Positions 17,988 through 29,136 of a stretch of DNA of 64,000 bases are shown here, piece after piece. A program made the translations under genes and the position numbers. Positions within the stretch are counted from its first letter, which is position 1. Each line of letters begins with the position of its first letter. The notes under the pieces are model-generated. The model had not been told where the DNA came from. It did not search any database and saw only the letters and a list, made by a program, of their open reading frames with translations. Source of the stretch: an uncultured Bacteroidota bacterium (lineage in GTDB: Bacteria > Bacteroidota > Bacteroidia > Bacteroidales > GCA-2748055). The DNA lies in NCBI GenBank assembly GCA_963793455.1, contig CAWCAK010000008.1:298480-362479 (forward strand). Direction: 5' to 3'.

Positions 17988-20366
17988 CTATTTTCTGGCA
18001 ACCACCATAAATTCACCATTGCTCTCAACCGATACCAGGGTCTTGTTGGTCTTCTCCAATTTAATGGTCTCGTAATCAAGGACTTTACCGGAAGAGTCCT
18101 GGATTTCGATGTGTGCCTTGTTGAAGTTTTCAAAAACCAGTTCTGCATGTACCGGACTATGGAAATGGAAGGAAGCCTCATCTGGTGTGCATGCATAGTC
18201 CTGCAATTGTGCCGTTGACGAATAGAGCCTGAATCCGTCAAAAGAGGCACCTCGCTCTATCTCCAGGCGATTCACGCCAAACCGCATAAGGCTTTCCGGA
18301 ATTTGCAGGGTCCATGGTATCTCCAGGCCATTCAGGGTGTATCTCTTTACAACATCTCCGGTTCCGAAGGCATGTGCATCAAAGGATGATACCCTGAACT
18401 GGAAATTGTCCATCTGATCTACATTATTGCTGGCCCGCACCCCGATTCCCATGGGCATATTCTGAATGATCTGTGCCGAAACCGAATAAAAAAAGCTTCC
18501 GGCAGTAAAAGGCAGGGATCGCCAACTCTCCTCTCCTTTATTGACCTCGGTAAGTGCACCGGACATGGGGTACTTTGTTGTGTGCATGCGGGCTTCATTT
18601 ACTTCATCTTTAAGCATACCCACATAGTCATCACCCGGCATCCCGTATTCATATAAAATACGGGACAGGGTATTCCAGGGGCAATAGCCATAGGTCCTTA
18701 TTTTAGGCCAGGCATCCTGGACCATCCATGCACTTTTTAATTGCAGGTCGGCAGCGGGATAGAAAGGGCCCAGGGAGAGGGCCCATGCATACTCCCAGTA
18801 GTCGGCACCTCTGGCAAAAGCCTGCCATTTATCGGTTCCGTCATCGAATTGCAGGTATTCGGAATAGAGAAAGCCATTGGGATCCACATATTTCTCTCGT
18901 ATGGTGTTCTGAATGGTCCGGGCAATCCCCAGGAAGCTGTCAGAAAGTCCGTCGTCAAGGTCAGGCCTCTGGTCGAGCATAACAGCTGCCATGTTGAGCA
19001 GGTTGTAGGTATTGACCATGTTGTACAGGCTGGCTGATTTACGGATACTCCTGCCTTCCTCACCCACATGGTGACCATGGTTTTCGTAATTTCCGTTTAC
19101 CACATCATAACCGAAATAGGGATTGTCCTTGAGCGTGGTTTCCCCCCTTGTGTCACTGACAATCATCCCCATCTCACTGTTCCATGCCTTTTCAATAAAG
19201 TCATTGATCGCGTTAAGAAGTACCATAAACTCCTCCCCACGAAGCAGGTCTGTCTGACCGGTGGTCTGGTAATAGGTGAACAGTGATAATGTTGCATAAT
19301 AGATGCCATCGTCTTCACTCTTGGTCCAGCGGGAACCCACCATCTGGAGAAATTCAGTCACTTTTTCACCGTCTGGCTTCGTGGTTACGGAAGGATTGTT
19401 CAGAAGAAACGGGGTCCAGATCTTGATCAGTTCGGTATTTCCCGCACGTGCCATCAGTGAAGAGGTCAGGGTACCGTCCCGCACCCAGATCAGATAATAG
19501 ATGCGGTTTAAAGCACCGAAGCAGGCTCCTCCCTCATCAATTCCCGAGTAGACGATCCTGTGATTCAGATCAATGACCTCCTGGAATTCAGGATTGTTAA
19601 AATGAACCAGCCCGTTGTTCATTTTCAGGTCCAGTATCGCCTCATTGCGCCCGGTCAATGCCTCCAGGGACAGCCCTCCAAGGCGATTCACCACCCGGTC
19701 GACCTGGTAGATGTTCTCCTCTCCCCCGACGATGATAACCTCATTTTCAAATATCTGCAGCACATACTCCCCCGAGGAGGTAACACGGAAACGGTTCTCC
19801 TGAAGGCTGTTGAACTTGATAAACGAGACCACCTCCTCTCCCCGGTCAGAAAACTTTTCGGTCAGCAACCCGTTCTGAATGTCAAAATCCTGGTGAGGTT
19901 TAACCGCAATAAGCAGGGGGGATCTTGCAGCAATGGCAAAAGCATTTTCATCCGCAATATTGATGACTGTAATGTCATTCTTTGCATCCCATGGCGTTTT
20001 GACACCCAGCCGGGTAACGAACGGATCATAGTCCCAGCGATGAATATAGCGCTCCTGGATCTGTGGAAACCGGAATTGCGTAAACAGTTCCGTATAGTTA
20101 TCCCGGTTGGAAAAATTCCTTGCTGCAAACTCTTTTCTTCGATAGGCATTGGGTTTATAGATGAATTGCAGATCGGTTCTGTCCTCAAAAAACATCATGG
20201 TCACCCGGTTGCCACACCGGTTTTGCAAAATGATATTCCGGGGTGCCTCCTCGATCATCGGATTTGAATAATACCCGGACATTGAGCCTCCCGTATTGAT
20301 CTTCTGGGCACTCAGCGTGGTGGCACCAAGGACCACCAGTGTAAGAAAGAGCTGTTTTCGTATCAT
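17988..20366 (-). CDS. Secreted hypothetical protein with probable six-hairpin (alpha/alpha)6 glycosidase domain (GH15-like)
   Basis: Signal peptide and a GH15-like YYLIWVRDG motif, followed by a helical region with EDDG and YWEY; beta-rich termini. Confidence 0.55.
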   Translation of the reverse strand: MIRKQLFLTLVVLGATTLSAQKINTGGSMSGYYSNPMIEEAPRNIILQNRCGNRVTMMFFEDRTDLQFIYKPNAYRRKEFAARNFSNRDNYTELFTQFRFPQIQERYIHRWDYDPFVTRLGVKTPWDAKNDITVINIADENAFAIAARSPLLIAVKPHQDFDIQNGLLTEKFSDRGEEVVSFIKFNSLQENRFRVTSSGEYVLQIFENEVIIVGGEENIYQVDRVVNRLGGLSLEALTGRNEAILDLKMNNGLVHFNNPEFQEVIDLNHRIVYSGIDEGGACFGALNRIYYLIWVRDGTLTSSLMARAGNTELIKIWTPFLLNNPSVTTKPDGEKVTEFLQMVGSRWTKSEDDGIYYATLSLFTYYQTTGQTDLLRGEEFMVLLNAINDFIEKAWNSEMGMIVSDTRGETTLKDNPYFGYDVVNGNYENHGHHVGEEGRSIRKSASLYNMVNTYNLLNMAAVMLDQRPDLDDGLSDSFLGIARTIQNTIREKYVDPNGFLYSEYLQFDDGTDKWQAFARGADYWEYAWALSLGPFYPAADLQLKSAWMVQDAWPKIRTYGYCPWNTLSRILYEYGMPGDDYVGMLKDEVNEARMHTTKYPMSGALTEVNKGEESWRSLPFTAGSFFYSVSAQIIQNMPMGIGVRASNNVDQMDNFQFRVSSFDAHAFGTGDVVKRYTLNGLEIPWTLQIPESLMRFGVNRLEIERGASFDGFRLYSSTAQLQDYACTPDEASFHFHSPVHAELVFENFNKAHIEIQDSSGKVLDYETIKLEKTNKTLVSVESNGEFMVVARK

Positions 20367-23300
20367 TACCTTTTAATAAATGATTGTATCATGGAACCCC
20401 TGTCAGCATCAAGTTTGATGAGGTATGTACCGGGCACAAGCTCCCGGGTGTTAATGTGGGCAATCTTGTCTGCGCTGATCTTCTTATGCAGCAGCACCGT
20501 CCCGGATAGATCCAGGATGCTGTATGCGTCGAACAGGCAATTCGAGGAGGTGGAAACCGAGATCATCTCCCCTGCCGGGACCGGGTAGATCTTCACTTCA
20601 CCGGCTTCATATCCGTCCATACTGCTGGACAGATCCATGGTGACATCAAATGTCACCGTGGTGGTGTCTGTACCCCCGTTGGATGTGCCACCATCATCAT
20701 GAACGGTCACTTCGATGGTGGCCGTACCATGCTGCTCATAGAGGTTCAATACCAGGGAGCCTGATTCCTCTCCCGGTATATAACTGACCTCAGGGGAGAC
20801 AATTGCTTCATCGCTACTGGTAGCTGTAACTGTAAGCTGTTGATCAAGTTCCGGATCTCCGTCCCGGATCCCGTCAATGGTAACAACATACTGAGGAACA
20901 TATGATGTGAACTTTGTATCCTCCGGAACATTGATGGAGGGTGGATCATTCACCGGTTCAACAGTCACATTCAATGAGAGCGTAGCGGACTGATCGCCGT
21001 TGTTGCGGGCCGTCCCCCCCTCATCCAGAAGGGTCATGAACAGGGTTGTCGCCCCGTTCATATCCGGTTCCGGCCTGAAACTGACCGTTCCGCTGGTTTC
21101 AGCACTGATGTAATTCACATCCGGATCAGGGATCAACAATGTTTTGCTGCTGGAGGCAATGATGGATAATCCCTCACTGTCCCCGTCACCATTGGTGATA
21201 CCCGAGAGGTTGATGGTTTGCAGTCCGGCATCCTCAGGCAATACAAGGTTTTCCATTTTATCCATTCCGGGCGCTGCGTTTATCTCCTCGAACACCTCAA
21301 CTTCAAAGGTGATGATGTTGGAATCGGCACCACCGTTTTCAGTGCCTCCGTCATCTTTCAGGGTAACCGAAACAACCACCGTTCCAACCTCATGGGGCGT
21401 AATGGACAGGGTCCCCTCTGATTGATCAGACATATAATCTGCCACCACGGTGGCTACAGATCCGTCACTGGATGCGGCGGTGAGTATGATGGACTGCTCC
21501 AGGTTGGGATTTCCATCTGAAATACCGGTCAGATCGACCTGGATGGGGCCATCCTCCAGCGAAACGACCTGGTTGGTGACCGGATCGATCAAAGGTGCCA
21601 TATTATCCACCAGGCTGTAAAGGGTGACCACACTTCTGGGGGCCATGACCAGCTGATCTGAAACGGGTACCTGTTCTTCCCATGGTTCCTCCCGTTTTGA
21701 GGAGATATGCCTGAAGCGGGGTGGCAGGCTTTCTCCCTCCAGCTGAACCAGCCTCGGCTCAAATGCCGTATTAATGAGTGTCACCGCCAGGGCATCCGTG
21801 GTTTTATTCTTAAACCCGATGGACAACACCTTCTCATCTGTTGATGACGCTTCTATCATCACATCCCCGGGATTTGTAAACCGTGTATAGTGTTTTGTAA
21901 CCGCCTGCAGGTGCTTTTGCGGAGCAATGAACTGGGTACTGTTCAGATCTGCCCATCCGTTGGCCTGGGCGAATTTAAAGATCATGTAGTAACCTCCGGC
22001 CACACCGAATGCACCTTCCATAAACTGGGGCCGGCCGTTCCATGCCACTCCCCATTCTCCTTCCCAGGTATCAACCCATCCTGAGGACTCGGTCATCCAG
22101 AGGTCTGTGGCTGCTGTTTTCTGAAACAGGTTTTGCAGGTTTATGTACGCATTTTTATCAGCAAATCCATTCCCGATACCATTGGCTGTGTATGCGTGAA
22201 AACCTATGACACCCATGTGATCCCTTGCGGTATCATCATTGTTCACGGCATTGATACGGTCAGTCAACCAGCCATACATGTAAACATCCTCCGACATCAG
22301 GATCTTTGTATTCAGGCCTTCAGCTTCAAATACCGGGCCCACCACATTCAGGATGTCTACAAATTCAGAAGCCGTAATCTGGGTTGATGGATAGGGTTCG
22401 TTGAATTGAGGTTCGTTCTGGATGCTGATGGCGTACAATTCAACCCCGGCCTTCTCTTTGATCATTTTGACCACCTCCACCAGGAATTCGGCGAACTCAT
22501 CATAGTAACCGGGATCAATATGGTTGTTCCCGATCCATGATTCACCGTCAAAGGGGAACTCCGATTTATTGGTCTTCATCCATACAGGGGGCGTAAGGGG
22601 CGTATAGAAGAAGTGATGGCAACTGGTGTTTTCGTGAATGAGCCTGATGTTCTGAAGGCTCCTCTGGTTGGGGATCAGGTTATCCCTGGCAATGACGCCG
22701 GGATCCGCATTGTCGTTGACCGGTTCGATGTAATCAAAATCCCCAAAGATCCTCATCATGCTCCAGTTAAGGTCGTTGATGGTATTGATCATGCTTTCCG
22801 GCTGGTCATCGGATAGCACCCCCCCGATTCCCCTGAACACCTGGTATTCGGTAGCCGGATCAATGGTGACCACTGCTGATCCTGTCTGCTCCCCGACCAC
22901 CAGCACGTTGAAGGAAGTTGTATCGGGGATATCATCCTCCCTGCGAAGGTTGTTGGCGATAATGCTGATCCTGCAGCTGCCGGTCCCCGGTCCCAGGGTA
23001 TATTCCAGTGCTGCTGTTCCTCCTGCCACATGGCCAATTTCAACACCATCTACCAGTGAAGTATTGGATACCCTATAGGTGAGTTCTGTGTCGCCTCCTC
23101 CTTCTCCATTTGAAATGCCGGTAAGAAGGACGGGAGTTGGTTCCTCTCCCTGCCGGACCACCTGGTCAGGTATGTCATCAATGGTATTCCGGGGGGGGTC
23201 AATGACGACCGCAGAATCGCCCATGCGGATCTCATCGATCCAGTAATCCCCCTGCACTGCATAAAACCAGCGGTTATCCAGGTTGATCAATACGCTTGTT

Positions 23301-25319
23301 TATCCGGGTACTGTCCACCTGTCCGTCCTCATCCTCATAAAAGGTATTTGAAAAATCAACAAAGAACTCCTTTTGCAAACCATCTTCCGGAGTGCTGAAC
23401 TTCTGCTGTGTATTGATATAAGCACCATCCGTATCCTGGTCCCACAGCATGATGCTGACCTCGGTTTCGTTATTAATACCATTGTCGTTTTCAGTGCTGT
23501 TCCTGAAACGGATGGTCATATAGGGCGCAGCAGAGATATCCAGCTCTGAGCCGCCTGTGATGGCACCCACGCTCCACCACATCCCCGGGTATGAGTTGGC
23601 CGGATAATCACAGTGAACGTACAGTTCCCCGTCTTCTATGGAGAGGTTGTAACCTTCTTCGGCAGAGAACCCATAGTCAGCCGGCAATCCGCCCGGTTCA
23701 AAATCCACCACCAGTCCGGTTACAGGTACCTCGAGTGCAGATATGGTAAAGCGCTGTTCATAGGACGCATCACCGTTGTTTCCGGCATTGCCACCATCAT
23801 CTGTAACACCCAGGGTGATGACAGAGGACCCAAGCACTCCGGAGAGCTGGAAGGAGAGTTGTGCTTTGCCATTGGCCACCGGACCCATGGTTACATCAGA
23901 TACAACAGACTCCGCTGAACTGACCACGGCCCAGGTCAGTATCTGCGACCCATCATCCCCGTCGGAAATACCTGATACAGGGATCGAGTGCGTCCCTGCA
24001 GTACCCGGAATCCCGATATCATTGATTTGTTCAAACAGGGGGGGATGATTGATGCTTTCGTAGATGGTTACATCAAAGCTGTAATCCCTTTGATCAATTC
24101 CACCATGCAGGCTTCCTCCGTCATCAGCCAGGCCAACTGTGATATAAACGCTATTTCCGGGAGAGGCTGCCGGATCAGGAGCCATTTCAATGAATCCATC
24201 CAGATAGAGTGGGTCGAAAAAAACATCCGGATCGGGAATCTGGGAAGGATCTGAGCTGGATGCCGTCACGGTTATGTGCTGATCTGCCTCCCCATTACCG
24301 TCGTTGATGTTCAACAGCGGGATCTTCAAAGGCACCCCGGCAACGGCCATCTGGTCTGAAACAGTGTCCATAGCAGGGGCTGCATTTGCAAGGGCGCTCA
24401 CTTTGAAGGTCATCTCTTTATCGTTCTCTGCACCGGGAGAGGATACCACCACGGAGATGGTGGCGTCCCCGGTCACATTGTCGTCGGGTGACAGGGTCAT
24501 GGTGCCATATCTGTCCCCGGAAACATAGGTTACAACAGGGTCGGGGACCAGGAGTTTGTCAGAACTGGTGGCTGTAATGGAAATGGAGCCTGTATCGTCT
24601 GCTCCGTCAGTGATGTTTCTCAGTTTTACTTCCCGGGAAGGCGTTCCTGTTTCCATCACTGTCCATTCCTGGTCAGGAACGGTTGAAATGGCCGGGGTGT
24701 TGAATGCGTCGGATCCTGCCCTGAGATTGTCAAAAAATACCCGGGGGCCGGGCCTGGTGGTTCCCGGGAAGTATCCCAGCGGATTGGGCAGAAAATGTAT
24801 ATTGCTGACGGCACTTAAAATCTCTGCATCAGTAAGGGTAACAGGACCGGTGATCCCGTTGAGCACCGCACCCGATTCAAGGTTAAAGGAGATGCCGGTA
24901 AAATCATAGCTGTACTGCTGAAATACCGCTGATTCAACAATCTCCTGTTCAGCTCCGAAGGCGTATGGCAGCACACTGATCCGCTGAGGGTAGAATACCG
25001 TATATGCCTCTCCTCCCTCTCCATCCGTATAGTGAATACCCACGGCCACAGCCAGAGCCAGGCTGAAATTAGACCTGATATCCAGGCTGATGAAAGGATG
25101 GGCAGACATATCGATGGCGGAAAAATTGTAGTCAAAGGCATCCCATAAGCCTGTGCGCTCCCCTTCAATCAGCAATGCCCCGTCAGATTCCAACAGGGTA
25201 TAGCTATATCCCTGCCACCCAATCAGGGTGTCATCCTCAAACGCTTCAACGATTCCTGTCTGGGAGCGTACCGGTAGAGAGAGCAATAATCCAAGGAGGA
25301 GGTAGAGCAAATTTTTCAT
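20366..25319 (-). CDS. Large multimodular T9SS-secreted GH30-like glycoside hydrolase with about 7 cadherin/Ig-like repeats and CBM-like domains (one gene, frameshift near 23290)
   Basis: Signal peptide. Repeats of the form P...DQ...GI.DG...TA.SS...V...DDGG. Catalytic SIQNEP and WMTES, plus FHAY. C-terminal IYPVPA...PGTYLI...FIKR T9SS domain. Confidence 0.8.
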
Positions 25320-25379
25320 AACAGCATGGTTTGAATGTCGGGATGCAATGCTGCCCCAAATTACACCCTATGCAGGTAT

Positions 25380-25406
25380 AATGCTCTTAAAGCATTAGCA
25401 AATGCT
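25380..25406. promoter_or_regulatory. Candidate operator: palindrome AATGCTCTTAAAGCATT plus an extra AATGCT half-site
   Basis: About 60 bp upstream of the GH30 gene; 15/17 identical to 39085-39101. Confidence 0.35.
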
Positions 25407-25448
25407 TCCACTATTTTCACGTTGAATGGAGGGTTTCCGCTATGAAAC

Positions 25449-26957
25449 CTACGATCCGGTCATCCCCTTAATCTGCTCCAGTTTGGTGGGACCGAAGGAT
25501 ACATTGAGTTCCGTATCCAGGAATACCTGGCTCCCCTCAAACCGGAATGTAAACTTCACCATATGAGGGGTCTCAATATATGGAATGATCACAACATAGG
25601 TGTCAGGGGCCTCCCATGCACCACTCACAGCAATCTCCCTCGAAACAAGGGCAGGATTGGCCAGGATTCCCTTCTCCCAGGAACCGTATCCCGCTTTAAA
25701 GGTTTGGTCGCCCTCTGTCGTGGTGATGGTAACTGCAACGGGTGTGGCCTGAAAATCGACAGATACCGCCTGGATAAAGGGACTGCCGGGATCCATCGTA
25801 TAATTCTTTCCGGAGACCTCCTCTGCCACCGGGGAGCTATCTTCACCCATGGCACACCCGAGGACCAGTCCCTGAAGCTTACCCTTCAGCAGCTCCGATC
25901 CTTCCGGGTCAGCTGGCAACGGATTCTCCTTCATGGCGGGCAGCAGGTATTTCCATGCAAGATTCATGATCCCCTGCATATCATTGGATCCGGAGGTAAT
26001 GGCCAGTACGGCATCATATTCAGGCATGACAATACAGAATTGTCCGAAAGCGCCATCTCCCCTGTAAAAGTCATGGCGGCACCTCCAGAACTGGTAACCA
26101 TAGCCCTGCTCCCAGTCACTTTCAGGGTTACTCCCGTTGGATGTTTGCAGCGTGGTTGCCTCCTCCACCCAGGATTCCGGGACCAGCTGTTTTCCGTTCC
26201 ACCTTCCCTTCTGAAGGTATAATTGCCCTAATTTGGAGATGTCTTCAGTCTTTATGCTCAATCCCCATCCCCCTGTATTGATACCGTCCGGGTCCGTCTC
26301 CCAGGTGGGATCCTCAATGCCCAGTGGCTCAAAAAGCCTGGGTGTCAGGTAATCCAGCAGGGTTTTCCCCGCAACCTTCTGAACGATGGCCGAGAGCATG
26401 TATGTGGCACCGCTGTTGTACACAAAATGTGTTCCCGGCTTAAACTGGACCTCCCGGGCCAGGAAACCTTCAGCCCATGATTGCCCCCCCATCATTCCGC
26501 CACTGGTGCCCCACTGGTGTCCCGAATTCATTTTCAAAAGGTCCCTGATGCGCATGGCTTTCAGGTTGTCAGAGGGTTCAGCCGGGGCCTGTTCGGGAAA
26601 GAAAGAGATGACCGGATCATCAATGCTCAACAATCCTTCTTCCTGCGCCATCCCGATGGCCGTCGATGTAAAACTCTTGCTGAGGGAATAGAGCATGTGG
26701 GGAGTGTCAGGATGATAGGGCGCCCACCAGCCCTCTGCAACGATCTTCCCGTGGCGCCTCAGCATCAGGCTGTGAATGGCATCCGGTTGTTCCTTCTCAA
26801 GGGCCTCCACCAACTCCAGGATGGACCGCGAGGAGATACCTTCGGCCTCAGGGGTGCTGTAGCCAGGGGGTAAATCAGTATTGTCTTTCAGCGTGGATGA
26901 GCAGGCCACCAATCCCAACAGGAATATGGGGAGCAAAGCAGCGTGGATTCTCTTCAT
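25449..26957 (-). CDS. Serine hydrolase, beta-lactamase class C / PBP-like superfamily, lipoprotein
   Basis: Lipobox LVAC; SxxK (SLSK), YNS, GYGYQFW and RGDGAFGQ. Confidence 0.88.
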   Translation of the reverse strand: MKRIHAALLPIFLLGLVACSSTLKDNTDLPPGYSTPEAEGISSRSILELVEALEKEQPDAIHSLMLRRHGKIVAEGWWAPYHPDTPHMLYSLSKSFTSTAIGMAQEEGLLSIDDPVISFFPEQAPAEPSDNLKAMRIRDLLKMNSGHQWGTSGGMMGGQSWAEGFLAREVQFKPGTHFVYNSGATYMLSAIVQKVAGKTLLDYLTPRLFEPLGIEDPTWETDPDGINTGGWGLSIKTEDISKLGQLYLQKGRWNGKQLVPESWVEEATTLQTSNGSNPESDWEQGYGYQFWRCRHDFYRGDGAFGQFCIVMPEYDAVLAITSGSNDMQGIMNLAWKYLLPAMKENPLPADPEGSELLKGKLQGLVLGCAMGEDSSPVAEEVSGKNYTMDPGSPFIQAVSVDFQATPVAVTITTTEGDQTFKAGYGSWEKGILANPALVSREIAVSGAWEAPDTYVVIIPYIETPHMVKFTFRFEGSQVFLDTELNVSFGPTKLEQIKGMTGS

Positions 26958-26988
26958 TTTTAGTTTTTTTGACAATTCATATTGATGG

Positions 26989-28329
26989 CTAATCCCCTGC
27001 AATGCAATAGAGGTACGCGACTCCCCTCAGATAAAGTTCATCGCCAATGACAACAGGGGATGCGTAGAAGGTATCGCTAATCGGGTTCACGGACAACACT
27101 TCAAATTCATCCCCATGCTTCACCACACAGGTGTTACCGTTGATTCCGGTGATGTAGATCCGGCCATCCACCCCGAGGGGTGAGGTAAAAATATTCCCTA
27201 TACCCTCCAGCTTCTGACTGCTGTAGTATACAGTTCCATCATAAGCATCAAGGCATGTCAGGTACCCGTTATTCCCCTTCAGGAAATAGAGCCTGCCCTC
27301 CATCAGAACCGGGGAGGGCGTATAGGGCGTATCCTGGTCATGTTTCCATACCACCGCCTCAGCATCCGTGATATCCCCCCGTGCCTTCGAAAGATCAATG
27401 GCCAAAAGGGCGCTCCCCCGGAAACCGCTCATCAGGTAGAGCAGTCCACCGGCATAGACCGGTGTTGGGATCACGTTCCTTGTGAGACCGCTGCATTCCC
27501 AGATGATCTTACCGGTGGCCAGGTCATAGCTTCTCACCCTGTTTGTTGCAGGGGTGATGAGCTGTTCTGTTCCCTCATAGTCAATCACTGCCGGCGTGGC
27601 CCACGAACTCACCTCATCCCTGTCAGCTTCCCAGATGACCTCCCCGCTCCTCTTTTCCAGTACATGCACGGAGGATTGTCCCTGGTGGTCCCTGACCAAT
27701 ATCAGTTTGTCCTTGTACAAAACAGGTGAACTGCCTTCCCCGAAACTCATCACCTTCTCCATCCTGCCAAAATCACGTTCCCACAGGATCTCACCCTTAA
27801 GGTTCAGGCAGTAGAGGCCGTGGGACCCGAAATAGGCATAAATAAATTCTCCATCGGTCACAGGGGAATTGGAAGCCCAGCTGCCAAATTTATGCGTATG
27901 GCTGTGAGGCAGCTCCTCCCGTACATTCGTCTGCCAGATGATACTCCCATTTTTCCTGTCGACAGCAATGACGGCAAATTGATGAATGTATTCTGTCTTC
28001 ACCGGGGACATCCACTGGTTACTCCCCTGGTCCTCCCCGGTTTCCCCGGCCTCAACCTTTTTGTCCGTTTTAACAGCTGATAACAGGATCATCAGATCTT
28101 CCCAGACGACAGGCGTTGCATGGCCAATACCAGGAATCGCTGTCTTCCATTTGATATTCATGCTGTCATTCCATTCCAGTGGGGGATTACCGGCAGGAGC
28201 CACACCCGTAAGCAGAGGTCCCCGCCACTGGGTCCAGCTCTGGCCGGGTTCCCGGGGATTCTCCTGTGCCGGAAGATTTCCTGCCAGCAGCAGCAATGAC
28301 AGTGAAAGCATGAGCATTTTCTTCATCAT
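26989..28329 (-). CDS. PQQ-binding-like beta-propeller repeat protein (BamB-like)
   Basis: Signal peptide, WTQWRGP, repeated SSPV/TPV and G..(I/L)W blades, terminal LYLRG...LYCI. Confidence 0.85.
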   Translation of the reverse strand: MMKKMLMLSLSLLLLAGNLPAQENPREPGQSWTQWRGPLLTGVAPAGNPPLEWNDSMNIKWKTAIPGIGHATPVVWEDLMILLSAVKTDKKVEAGETGEDQGSNQWMSPVKTEYIHQFAVIAVDRKNGSIIWQTNVREELPHSHTHKFGSWASNSPVTDGEFIYAYFGSHGLYCLNLKGEILWERDFGRMEKVMSFGEGSSPVLYKDKLILVRDHQGQSSVHVLEKRSGEVIWEADRDEVSSWATPAVIDYEGTEQLITPATNRVRSYDLATGKIIWECSGLTRNVIPTPVYAGGLLYLMSGFRGSALLAIDLSKARGDITDAEAVVWKHDQDTPYTPSPVLMEGRLYFLKGNNGYLTCLDAYDGTVYYSSQKLEGIGNIFTSPLGVDGRIYITGINGNTCVVKHGDEFEVLSVNPISDTFYASPVVIGDELYLRGVAYLYCIAGD

Positions 28330-28417
28330 TATATTTCTGAATATTAATCGAATACCGTCTTTGAGATAGCAACAATATAGTCTATTTTTATGAGTCCCAT
28401 CTCATACAACCATCTCA

Positions 28418-29086
28418 ATGACACTGTACAACCGGTACATATACCCTGCTGCCATGGATTCTGTCTGCAGCAGCCAGCATATGATCCAGCAACGAAGGAA
28501 GATCATTCCGTAGGCTGAAGGCAGGGTGCTGGAAGTCGGTATCGGTTCCGGCCTGAACCTGCCCTTCTACTCCGGGGAGCTTGTCAGGCACCTCACCGGT
28601 ATTGATCCCTCCAGGCATAACTGGAACAAAAACAAGGTGAATACCGGCAACCTGCCATTTGCATTTGAATTCATTGAGGCACATGCAGAACATCTGCCTG
28701 CCGGTGATGACACCTTTGATACCATCGTAATCACCTTTACCATGTGTACCATTCCCGGTATTCACCGGGCATTTTCTGAAATGCGCAGGGTATTGAAGAG
28801 AGGGGGGAAACTCCTTTTCTGCGAACATGGAAGGGCCCCGGAAAGGTCCATGCAAACCTGGCAGCATATGGTCAATCCCATCTGGAGGTGTGTCAGCGGG
28901 GGATGCAACCTGACCAGGGACATACCCGGGATCATCAGGGAGAACGGATTCAGAACAGCCTGGATGGAGTCCGGGTACGTTCACAAAAGAGGGATCGGCG
29001 GCTACCACTACTGGGGGGAGGCCAAAGTACAATCAGGGGAATGGAACCCGGGAAGATGTTTCATCCAACCGATACCGGACGAATGA
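28418..29086 (+). pseudogene. Class I SAM-dependent methyltransferase with an in-frame TAG at 28511-28513
   Basis: ATG 28418 reads MTLYNRYIYP...RRKIIP*AEGRVLEVGIGSGLN, in frame with the 28526 ORF. Motifs FDTIV.TFTMCTIP, RRVLKRGG and EHG. Confidence 0.75.
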
Positions 29087-29136
29087 GGAAAAATACTAAT
29101 TTTATGGAACCAATTACAGGTTTAAAAACTTAAATC

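Noticed and set aside
25449-26957. Beta-lactamase resistance gene
   Set aside because: SxxK/YxS motifs with a long C-terminal extension fit the broad esterase/amidase branch (6-aminohexanoate-dimer hydrolase-like). Nothing specifically indicates AmpC activity.
28511-28513. Pyrrolysine or stop-codon reassignment
   Set aside because: It is a single case at a non-catalytic position in a SAM-dependent enzyme. TAG terminates other genes here (e.g. 4752, 16241, 17972), and there are no pyl genes in the window.
28415-29032. 205-aa minus-strand ORF as a real gene
   Set aside because: It is an antisense shadow of the methyltransferase, which has clear family motifs on the plus strand.
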